NCBI GenBank assembly: GCA_018971835.1
Contig: JAGWZW010000006.1
Coordinates: 7,749-71,748 of the forward strand
Length of the DNA stretch: 64,000 nucleotides
From: Alphaproteobacteria bacterium
Lineage (GTDB): Bacteria; Pseudomonadota; Alphaproteobacteria; Micropepsales; Micropepsaceae
Reading direction: 5' to 3'
The notes below the pieces were generated by a model, which was not told the origin of the DNA, ran no database searches, and saw only the letters and a list, made by a program, of their open reading frames with translations. The translations under genes were made by a program, and so were the position numbers. Each line of letters opens with the position of its first letter. The first letter of the stretch is position 1. Below are positions 26,904 through 35,700 of this stretch, piece by piece.

Positions 26904-27127
26904 GACCGTCCCCTTTCCTGTTTTTTAATTTGCGTCCCAAGTATAAATTCTGACGCGACTTCAGATTCACTGGCACCCAAGGATGGAAGGACAGACTCGC
27001 GGTCGCTCGCTTGCAGCGCAAAGTGATGCGCCGTGCAGACCAGATGGATGCAAATCGCCGGCTTTCCTCCCGATCCCGCAGTGATTTGCAAAAATTTCCA
27101 CTTCGGGTGCTTTGACATGAGGCAGAC

Positions 27128-27142
27128 GCAAACAGCGTGCCG
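27128..27142 (-). promoter_or_regulatory. Sigma-54 (-24/-12) promoter, cGGCACG-N4-TTGC, reading toward the TonB receptor operon
   Basis: The minus strand reads CGGCACGCTGTTTGC (GG-N10-GC spacing exact), about 225 bp upstream of the receptor start and adjacent to a divergent sigma-54 activator gene. A candidate UAS (GCAAACT-N14-AGTTTGC, 27230-27257) lies about 100 bp further upstream. Confidence 0.65.
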
Positions 27143-27357
27143 CATTCGGCTACCGGCAAACCAACGGTAAAAATTTATCTAACTAACTGATATTGAAATG
27201 ATATTTTCTAGCGTTGTCTCCATTGGGCGGCAAACTGCCAGTCACAGTGAAGTTTGCGGCCATAGAAATTGACAAAATTCGCAGTTTTGATTTCAAAGCC
27301 CTATGGAAATTGTATAATTTTCTCACTTGAAGTAATCGTCCGACATGGGGAGGAACG

Positions 27358-29130
27358 ATGACCGAAGCCCGGTTGACGCTGGCCGAGGTGATGCGGCAGG
27401 CGGGACGTTCGCAGATCACGGCCGATCAAAACTGGGATAGCGGCGCCTCCCCCACCTTCCGGGAGATGTTCGACAACCTGAAATTTTCGCCCGAGGACGG
27501 GCGAATCTGGTTTGGCGATCAGCGGATGATGCTGCTTCATGCGGCAGCATATGGCGCGCTTCGTCAGGAACTCATCGCCGCGCTGGGCCTGGAAAAAACC
27601 CGCGAATTGCTCATGCGGATGGGGCACGTCGCCGGCACCAGGGATGCCACGATCGTTCGCGACCGCTGGTCACACGGCACGAGCGGCGATGTGGCCAGCA
27701 TTTTTTTCAATGCCGGCGCGCGGCTTCATGGCTTGGAAGGACTCGTCAAGGTGCTTCCCGGCCAGTTCACCCTGAATGCGGACCGGGAGAGTTATCGGGG
27801 AACTTTCACCTGGCACGGCTCGGTGGAAGCGGCCGAACATGTCGCCGCATTCGGTCTTAGCACGATTCCGGTTTGCTGGATGCTGGTCGGCTATGCGAAC
27901 GGCTACGCCAGTTCCATCAACGGAACAGAGATGCTCTACAAGGAGATCGAATGCACAGCAATGGGAGCACCCTGTTGCCGCTGCGTCGGGCGTCCGGCTA
28001 AGGATTGGGCAGAAGGTGAACCCCAGGTGCGGTTCTACTCTGTGGCGGAACTGGTGCCGCGGGGCAGCCGGCAGACCGACAATGCCTCGAACACCGCATC
28101 CGGGCCCGGCCCGCAGATGGTCATCGGCGTTTCTCCAGCATTCCGCGCCGCGCGCGACAAGCTCGAAAAGGTGGCCGGAATTGACGCCACGGTCCTGCTC
28201 GAAGGCGAGTCCGGCGTCGGCAAGGAGATGTTCACGGCAACGTTGCACGCCATCAGCCCGCGCGCGAACGGCCCATTCATCGCCGTCAATTGTGCGGCCA
28301 TCCCGGATACGCTGATCGAATCGGAGCTGTTCGGCGTCGAACGCGGCGCATTCACGGGCGCGACGGTTTCCCGCCCCGGCCGCTTCGAGCGCGCCTCCGG
28401 CGGCACGCTATTTCTCGATGAGATCTCGTCCATGAGCCTGATCGCGCAGGGGAAGTTGCTGCGCGCGGTGCAGGAAGGAGTCATCGAGCGGGTTGGCGGC
28501 GTCCAGCCGATCAAGGTCGACGTACGCCTGGTGGCAGCGACGAATGTGGATTTGCGCAAGGAAGTCGATGCCGGCCGGTTCCGTCAGGATCTGTATTTCC
28601 GGCTGAACGTATTCCCCATCACCTTACCACCGCTACGCGAACGGCGCGACGACATCCCGCTGCTCATGCAGCATTTTCTGGAGCGGTACAGCGCCAAATA
28701 CGGCCGCAAGGTCGACATGTTCACCACCCAGGCGGTCAACGCACTGCTGCGCTACGATTACCCCGGAAATGTCCGAGAATTGCAGAACATCATAGAGCGC
28801 GCCGTCATTTCTGCCGGTACGGATGGCGTGGTCGACGTCCAGCACCTGTTTCCCCCCGGAAAAATCCCACCGGATATTCCCTATCTTATGGATTCAAGCG
28901 GCGTGTTCCGGGAAAGCGAAAACTCCGGCGAGCCGGCAGGAAACGGGAACGGAGCAAACGGCCTGATCGCACGGGCACTGGACGCGGGATTATCCATTCG
29001 CCAGTGGGACGAGCAGCTTTGCCGCGAGGCGCTGGCCCGCGCCCGAGGCAACGTCGCCAAGGCGGCCCGGATGCTGGGATTGTCGCGTGCGCAGTTGAAC
29101 TACCGCCTGCGCCAGTTGGACGATACGTGA
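27358..29130 (+). CDS. Sigma-54-dependent transcriptional activator, XylR/DmpR (NtrC) family with XylR_N + V4R sensor
   Basis: N-terminal XylR_N-like region (RMMLLHAAAYGALRQELI...). V4R-like Cys block (CWMLVGYANGYAS...ECTAMGAPCCRC). AAA+ core (GESGVGKEMF, ESELFGVERGAFTGA). C-terminal HTH (NVAKAARMLGLSRAQLNYRL). Confidence 0.9.
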   Translation: MTEARLTLAEVMRQAGRSQITADQNWDSGASPTFREMFDNLKFSPEDGRIWFGDQRMMLLHAAAYGALRQELIAALGLEKTRELLMRMGHVAGTRDATIVRDRWSHGTSGDVASIFFNAGARLHGLEGLVKVLPGQFTLNADRESYRGTFTWHGSVEAAEHVAAFGLSTIPVCWMLVGYANGYASSINGTEMLYKEIECTAMGAPCCRCVGRPAKDWAEGEPQVRFYSVAELVPRGSRQTDNASNTASGPGPQMVIGVSPAFRAARDKLEKVAGIDATVLLEGESGVGKEMFTATLHAISPRANGPFIAVNCAAIPDTLIESELFGVERGAFTGATVSRPGRFERASGGTLFLDEISSMSLIAQGKLLRAVQEGVIERVGGVQPIKVDVRLVAATNVDLRKEVDAGRFRQDLYFRLNVFPITLPPLRERRDDIPLLMQHFLERYSAKYGRKVDMFTTQAVNALLRYDYPGNVRELQNIIERAVISAGTDGVVDVQHLFPPGKIPPDIPYLMDSSGVFRESENSGEPAGNGNGANGLIARALDAGLSIRQWDEQLCREALARARGNVAKAARMLGLSRAQLNYRLRQLDDT

Positions 29131-29143
29131 AACCTGCCGGTGC

Positions 29144-30568
29144 TTATTCTACCGCGGCGAACCGACGGCACAGCGGCGCGGGATCGACGATGGCCCGGCC
29201 GAGCTGGGCACTGCGGGCGTCTTCGCCGAAGGCCAGCAGCATGAGTTGCGTGGCGTGAACGATTGGTGTGGGCGTTTCGAAGTCCAGCCGCCGCTGCCGC
29301 GCATCAAGGTTGATGTGGCACATCGGGCACATGGTGGCGACGATATCCGCGCCGCAGGCACGCGCGTTCGTCAGCACCTTCTTCGTCATCTTCAGCGACA
29401 CCTCGGTCTTAGAGATACCGAGCGAGCCGCCGCAGCAATCGGTCTTGCCGGACCATGCGACCGGCTCCGCGCCCAGTGCCCGCACCAGATAATCCATCTT
29501 CATCGGATATTCGGGATGTTCGGCGCCGGTAATGCGGCTTGGGCGCGTAATCAGGCAGCCATAATAGCAGGCGACCTTCAGCCCGGCGAGCGGCCGCCTG
29601 ACGCGCGCGGCGACCTTGTCCGGGCCGGCCTGTTCCATCAGCGTGTCGAGCAGGTGCTGCACGCGCACCGTGCCGCCATAGCTATGGCCGATCTTTCCAG
29701 CGATCCTCGCCGCCTTGGCCGCATCCTCGCGGACAGCATGCTCGACCGTCTTGAGCCGGCCGAAGCAAGCGCTGCACGGCGTGGTCAGCGTACCGATCTG
29801 CATGCGCTCGACGGCGGCGATGCTGCGCATCGGCATCAGTGTGGCCTGTTCCGCGTCGGTCGCGTGCGCCGGGCTGGAGCCGCAGCAGGTCCAGCCTTCC
29901 GGCTCGACCAGATCGAGATCGAGCGCGCGGGCCACCATGCGAGCGGTGCGGTCATAATCCGAAGCGCTGCCCTCCGAAGCGCAGCCTGGAAAATAGCCGA
30001 TCTTTTTGCCGGCATCGGCCACCGCGACCACGGCTGTGGGCATGCGAACAAATTTCGGCAACAGCTTGAGCCGGCCGCGGCGAAACAATTGCCACCCCAA
30101 CCCGGCATCATGGACCGGCTTGCCGCGCACGAGGTTGAAGGCCAGCATCAGCAGCGCCTCGGGCAGCCGCCCGAAGATGGCGACCAGCCGCATGAACAGC
30201 GCGTTGAAGGCAGGGATCTCGGGAACCGCCGGCGCGATGCCGCGCTTCTTCGCCTCGATGCGCAGCATATCCATCACACCGGTCACGTCGATGCCGCGCG
30301 GGCAGCGCGTGGCGCAGGTGTAGCAGGAGGAACAGAGCCAGATCGTCTTGCTCGCCAGCACGTTTTCGTCGTTCAACTGCAAAGCGCGCATCACCTGGTT
30401 CGGCGTCAGGTCGAACTGGTCGGCGAGCGGGCAGCCCGCGGTGCACTTCACGCACTGCCAGCAGCGGTTGATATTCTCGCCTATCCGTGCCCTGACCGTA
30501 TCGGCGAACGTCGCCGCACCCGATTGCGCACCGCGCGCGAAGGCCGCCGTCTGTTCCATCGCGTTCAT
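29144..30568 (-). CDS. hdrCB: Heterodisulfide reductase HdrC-HdrB fusion-like protein (2x[4Fe-4S] + two CCG domains)
   Basis: HdrC-like ferredoxin motifs (CWQCVKCTAGCP, CSSCYTCATRCP), followed by two CCG-type Cys-rich domains (YFPGCASEG...WTCCGSS; ACYYGCLITRP...KTDCCGGS). ATG 30568 lies 5 nt after the metF stop; the track start at 30808 is inside metF. Confidence 0.8.
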   Translation of the reverse strand: MNAMEQTAAFARGAQSGAATFADTVRARIGENINRCWQCVKCTAGCPLADQFDLTPNQVMRALQLNDENVLASKTIWLCSSCYTCATRCPRGIDVTGVMDMLRIEAKKRGIAPAVPEIPAFNALFMRLVAIFGRLPEALLMLAFNLVRGKPVHDAGLGWQLFRRGRLKLLPKFVRMPTAVVAVADAGKKIGYFPGCASEGSASDYDRTARMVARALDLDLVEPEGWTCCGSSPAHATDAEQATLMPMRSIAAVERMQIGTLTTPCSACFGRLKTVEHAVREDAAKAARIAGKIGHSYGGTVRVQHLLDTLMEQAGPDKVAARVRRPLAGLKVACYYGCLITRPSRITGAEHPEYPMKMDYLVRALGAEPVAWSGKTDCCGGSLGISKTEVSLKMTKKVLTNARACGADIVATMCPMCHINLDARQRRLDFETPTPIVHATQLMLLAFGEDARSAQLGRAIVDPAPLCRRFAAVE

Positions 30569-30572
30569 CGGC

Positions 30573-31568
30573 TCACCCTCGCGGCTGCTGGCGCAATCCG
30601 GCTGCCTTGACGATATCGGGCACCGCCTCTTCCCATTCGATCGCCATGACATGCACGCCGGCCACGCCCTCGATCTCACGGATCTGCTGGATGGTTTCCA
30701 CGCAGATGCGTTTGCCCTCATTGCGCCAGGCCTGGGCGCGGGCCTGCTTGTCGTCGATGCCCTTGACTGCATCCTCGAGGCGCACGTCGATGGTTTCGGG
30801 CACGGCAAGGCCCGGCACGTTCTGGCGCAGGTGGCGCACCATGCCCGGGCTCTTTACCGGGCCGACACCGGCCAGGATCGCGGTCTTCTCGTGGACACCG
30901 AGATCGACGACTTTCTTCATAAACGCGCGGAAGCGCGGCACGTCGTAGATCAACTGCGTCTGGATGAAATCGGCGCCGGCCACGACCTTTTTGCGCAGGC
31001 GATAGGGGCGGATGGCGGCCGGGTCGGCAAACGGATTCTCGGCCGCGCCGATGAAAAGCCGCGGCCCGCCGCCGGGAATATCCTTGCCGTTCTGGTAGTG
31101 GCCTTCGTCGCGCATGCCGCGCACCATCGCCACGAGCTGGATCGAATCGACGTCGTGCACGTTCTTGGCGCCGGGGTGATCGCCCTTGGACTGGTGATCG
31201 CCAGAAAGACACAGCAGATTATGCACGCCAAGCGCGGCGGCGCCCAAAAGGTCGCTCTGCATTGCCAGCCGGTTGCGGTCGCGGCAGGTCATCTGCACGA
31301 TCGGCTCCAGCCCCTCGGCGATCATCAGCAGGCCGGTGGCGATGCTGCTCATGCGCACCACGGCGGCCTGGTTGTCGGTGACGTTCGCGGCATCGACCCA
31401 GCCCTTGAGCAGCTGCGCCTTCCGGCGCACGGCGTCGGCATCGCAGCCGCGCGGCGGGCCCAGCTCGGCGGTGACGGCGAACTGCCCCGCGGACAGCACG
31501 CGCTCCAGATTGCCGCCGGATTTAGGCGTAGTTTCGGGTGGAATGGCGGCTGCGTTTGCCAAGCTCAT
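30573..31568 (-). CDS. metF: Methylenetetrahydrofolate reductase MetF (small, acetogen/Hdr-associated type)
   Basis: MTHFR fold motifs (FAVTAELGPPRG, NVTDNQAAVVRMSS, QMTCRDRNR, LCLSGDH). Confidence 0.85.
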   Translation of the reverse strand: MSLANAAAIPPETTPKSGGNLERVLSAGQFAVTAELGPPRGCDADAVRRKAQLLKGWVDAANVTDNQAAVVRMSSIATGLLMIAEGLEPIVQMTCRDRNRLAMQSDLLGAAALGVHNLLCLSGDHQSKGDHPGAKNVHDVDSIQLVAMVRGMRDEGHYQNGKDIPGGGPRLFIGAAENPFADPAAIRPYRLRKKVVAGADFIQTQLIYDVPRFRAFMKKVVDLGVHEKTAILAGVGPVKSPGMVRHLRQNVPGLAVPETIDVRLEDAVKGIDDKQARAQAWRNEGKRICVETIQQIREIEGVAGVHVMAIEWEEAVPDIVKAAGLRQQPRG

Positions 31569-31570
31569 CC

Positions 31571-32263
31571 TCAGCCCTCCTTCGTTTCTTCACGCGGCGC
31601 GCGCAGGTCTTCGCGCACCATGCGGCGCAGGCCGCCGTCGCGGCTGGTGGACCAGTCCTTCGCCGGCTCGATTTCCATCAGCGCCTCGGTCATGCCGAGC
31701 GCCTCGGCCCGCTCCCAGATCATGTGCCAGGCGCAGGGCACCGTCGCGTCCACTTCGCAGACGCCGTTCTGCGAACCGCCGCAGGGGCCGTTGAACAACT
31801 GCTTGGCGCAGCGGCTGACCGGGCAGATGCCGCCGGTCTTGTCGAGCACGCAATTGCCGCAACCCTGGCAGCGCTCCTCCCACACGCCTTGCTCGGTGGG
31901 CAGACCCATGAACAGCGTGTTCAGCGCCGGCAGCACGCGCGTCCCGGGGAAGCGCTTGGCCAGCGTCTGCACGCCCACGCCGCAGCCCAGCGACAGCACG
32001 GCGTCGTAATTCTTCACCTGATCGGCCAAGGGATCGAGATATTCCCATTCGCACTGGCGCTGCACCATGCCCTCGCCGACGGCGAGCGGCGTGCCCTCGA
32101 TGCGCCGCTTCATGCGCAGGCTGGCCGCCAGCGCGGCCACTTCCTTGCCGCTGCCCGAGAAACAGACCGTGACGCAGGTGCCGCAGCCCACGGCCAGCAC
32201 CCGGTCGTAGTTCTCCAGCATTCTGGCGACGGCCTCGAGAGGTTTCTTCTCCGCGACGATCAT
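31571..32263 (-). CDS. metV: MetV-type iron-sulfur subunit (MTHFR C-terminal domain protein)
   Basis: Cys-rich (GCGTCVTVC, CQGCGNCV, CPVSRCAKQLFNGPCGG) with the NGPCGG block typical of MTHFR_C/MetV. ATGA overlap with mvhD. Confidence 0.8.
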   Translation of the reverse strand: MIVAEKKPLEAVARMLENYDRVLAVGCGTCVTVCFSGSGKEVAALAASLRMKRRIEGTPLAVGEGMVQRQCEWEYLDPLADQVKNYDAVLSLGCGVGVQTLAKRFPGTRVLPALNTLFMGLPTEQGVWEERCQGCGNCVLDKTGGICPVSRCAKQLFNGPCGGSQNGVCEVDATVPCAWHMIWERAEALGMTEALMEIEPAKDWSTSRDGGLRRMVREDLRAPREETKEG

Positions 32264-32739
32264 GCGGGATTTCCTTCTTCCTGAGCTTGGCCGCGTAGCG
32301 GGCTGGGGCCGAGGGCGCGCACGGTTTCGACATGCTCGCTGGCCAGTTCGGCGAATTGCACGCCCATCGCGGCGGAGATGTTGATCATGCGCGCCCGCGC
32401 GGGCTCCAGGCCGATCTCCTTCAGCGCCCCGTGGATGTAATCGAGGCGCTGGCGCGCATAGAGATTGCCCCTGATATAATGACAGCTGCCAGGCAGGCAG
32501 CCGGCGATCAACACGCCGTCGGCGCCGTCCTCGAAGGCGTGCAAGATGTTCACGATGTCGATGCGGCCGGTGCAGGGCAGCTCGACGATCTTGATGGCGC
32601 TGGGATAGGGCTGGCGCTTGCCGCCGGCCAGATCGGCCGCGGCATAGGCGCAATGCCGGCAGCAGAACGCCACCACTTCGGGATGAAAGCCGCCTGCGGT
32701 CGCTGCCGGTGATGCGATGACCGTGTCAGGGTTTGTCAT
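32260..32739 (-). CDS. mvhD: MvhD-like (methyl-viologen-reducing hydrogenase delta subunit) [2Fe-2S] protein
   Basis: FCCRHCAYAAADLAG ... VELPCTGRID ... GADGVLIAGCLPGSCHY pattern of MvhD/FlpD. ATGA overlap with hdrL. Confidence 0.85.
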   Translation of the reverse strand: MTNPDTVIASPAATAGGFHPEVVAFCCRHCAYAAADLAGGKRQPYPSAIKIVELPCTGRIDIVNILHAFEDGADGVLIAGCLPGSCHYIRGNLYARQRLDYIHGALKEIGLEPARARMINISAAMGVQFAELASEHVETVRALGPSPLRGQAQEEGNPA

Positions 32740-35700
32740 GGCGCATGGCTCTCATGGAAACGCTCAAACAGGGCATCGACCTTCGCCCGCACCTGCAGAT
32801 CGGTGTAGTGCCTGAGCTGGATGGCGTTGGCAGGACACTGGGCGGCGCACAGCCCGCAGCCCTGGCATAGCGCCGGTTCGATATAGGCCGCGCCGATGAT
32901 ACCGCCGACCCCGCAGAGCTCGGGGTTGATACGCGGCGCCGAATAGGCGCAGCTGCGCACGCAGGTCAGGCAACCCACGCACAGCGCCGGATCGACTTCG
33001 GCGATGCTGCCGCCGACCGTGATGCTGTCATGCGAGATCAGCGCACCGGCGCGCGCCGCCGCCGCGCGGGCATGCACCAGCGTCTCCTCCAGCGATTTGG
33101 GATAATGCGCGGTACCCGCCATGTAGAGGCCTTCAGAGAGGAAATCCACCGGCCGCAGCTTGACATGCGCTTCGAGGAAAAAGCCGTCCGCGTCGATCGG
33201 TACCTTGAGGCAGGAGGACAGCTCGCGCGCCGCGGGCGGCGGCACCAGCGGCGTGGAAAGCACAAGATAATCCGCCGTCAGCGCCAGCGCCTTTCCGAGG
33301 ATTTCCTCGAACACGCGTACGACAGGCCGACCGTTCTCACTGGAAACTTCCGGCACATGCGCCTCGTCGTAATGGACGAAGCGAACGCCGGCCTCCAGCG
33401 CCTTGTCGTAGAGCCGTTCCTTGAAACCGTAGGTGCGGATATCCTTGTAGATCACCGTCACTTCGGACGAAGGCTGGCGCGCCTTGAGGATGAGCGCGTT
33501 CTTGAGCGCGGTGGTGCAGCAGATGCGCGCGCAATAACGCTCTGCCGGGCCGACGCACTGGATCATCACCACGCGGCCCGGCACCTCGCCCGCCGCCAGT
33601 TTTTCTTCGAACTGGCTCTGCGTGAGGATGCGCGGATCGCGGCCGTAGCCGTATTCCTCGCCGCGGTATTCGACGCCACCGGTCGCCAGCACCGCCGCGC
33701 CGTGCTGCACCACCGCGCGCTCGACCGCGCCGTCGGGCGAGGTCAGCGTTGAGGTGAAATTGCCCATGAAGCCACTGGTTTTGGCCAACACGGTTTGCCG
33801 ATGCACGGTGATGCGCGGCTCGGCCTCGACCTCCGCCACCAGTTCAGCCAACAGAGCCTGCGGCCTGACCCACGCGCCGCTGCCGGCACGGCCGAGCGGA
33901 CTGGCCACGCCGATATCATCCAGCCCGAAATGCTGCTGGCGCAGTGCGCCGCCAAGCTCGGCCTGCTTCTCAACCAGATGCACGGCGAAGCCCTGCCGCG
34001 CCAGCGACAGCGCCACCGTCATGCCCGCCGGCCCGCCGCCCACCACCAGCGCGCTGCGGTTCATCGCCATCTCGCCGGTCTTCAACGGCTTCAGTTCGGC
34101 CGCCCGCGCCGCCGACATGCGCACCAGATCCTTCGCCTTGGCGGTGGCTTCGCCCCGGTCCTTGGAATGCACCCAGGAGCACTGGTTGCGGATATTGGCC
34201 ATATCGACCAGGAAAGGATTGAACCCCGCGCTGCGCGCACAGCCTCGGAACAGCCCCTCATGCGTCAGCGGCGTGCAACTTGCGACAATCAGGCGGTTGG
34301 CGCCCAGCTCGCGCGCAGTGTCGGCAATATGCGCGACACTATCGCGCGAGCAGGCATAGAGGCTTTCCTCGGCATGAATGACGCCCGGAAGCGTCTTGGC
34401 GTATTCGGCCACCTCATCGCAGTTGAGAAACCCCGAGATATTGGTGCCGCAATGGCAGACGAAGACGGCGGTGCGCGCTTCCTCGCTGCTGACATCGCGC
34501 TCCGGTGGGTATTCCTGTTTGCGCGTCAGCGTGCCGCGCGCGCTGGAAAGCAATTCGCCGATGCTGGCCGCCGCGCCGCTGGCATCCACCAGCGATTCGG
34601 GAATGTCCTTGGGCTCGCGGAACGGGCCGACAGCGAAGACACCGCGCCGGCTGGTTTGCAGGGGATCGAACTGCACAGTGCGGCAGAAACCGTGATCGTC
34701 CAGCTCGACGCCGAGGCGGCGGCCGAGATCGCGCACTTCGGGCGCGATCTCCATGCCGACGGAGAGCACCACCATGTCGAACTCTTCCTCGGTCACTTCG
34801 CGCGCCCCGGCCCGATCCCAATAACGCACCAGCAGATTCCTCGTTGCCGGGTCTTCGCGCAGGGCTGAGATGCGGCAGCGCGTATAGCCGATACCGTATT
34901 TCTCCCGCGCCGAGCGGTAATAGGCTTCATAGCCCTTGGAGAAGGCGCGCGTATCCATCATGAACACGCGGATCTTCGTATCGGGCTCGTGCTCGATGGC
35001 CTGCACCGCTTCCTTGGCGGCATACATGCAGCACACGGCCGAGCAATAGTCATGGGACTGGTCGCGCGAACCCACGCATTGCAGAAAGGCGATGCGCTTG
35101 GGCGTGCGCCTGTCGGACGGGCGCAGAACATGGCCGTTGTTCGGGCCTGAGGCGCTCAGCAGCCGCTCGAACTCCAGCGAGGTGACGACGTTGGGATAAC
35201 GGCCGTAGCCGTATTCTTCGGAGAGTTGCGCACGATAGGTCTGATAGCCGGGTGCCAGCACCACCGCGCCCACATTTATGTCGCGCGTCTCCTCCACCAT
35301 CGCATGATCGATGGCGCCGATGCCGCAGGCATAGACGCACTGGTTGCATTCGCTGCAGATGCCGCAGGAGAGGCAGCGCCCAGCTTCGGCCTTGGCCTGC
35401 TCCTCCGAATAGCCCAGCTCGACCTCGGCAAAATCGCCGCAGCGGGTGGCGACGGTCATCTCCGGCATCGGCACGCGCGGACTGCGAATGATCTGGCACT
35501 GCTGCACCTTGCGGTCCAGGTCTTCCTGCCGCATCTCGGCGACGGGCAGCACCGGCTTCTCTGCGCCGTGCGCTGCGCCTTTGCGCAGATAACGATGAAT
35601 GGCTTCGGCGCTTTTGTGACCGCCGGCGATGGCCTCGATCGCGAAGGCGGTGCCGGTAGTGCAATCGCCCGCGGCGAAGACACCGGGCCGGCCCGTAGCC

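Noticed and set aside
26971-26986. + strand TGGCACCCAAGGATGG in the receptor/activator intergenic region
   Set aside because: There is no TTGC-like -12 element at the right spacing. The minus-strand element at 27128-27142 fits the consensus and the gene orientation far better.
30348-32009. 553-aa + strand ORF across hdrCB, metF and metV
   Set aside because: It is the antisense frame of three well-supported, translationally coupled minus-strand genes, and no motifs are recognisable in it.
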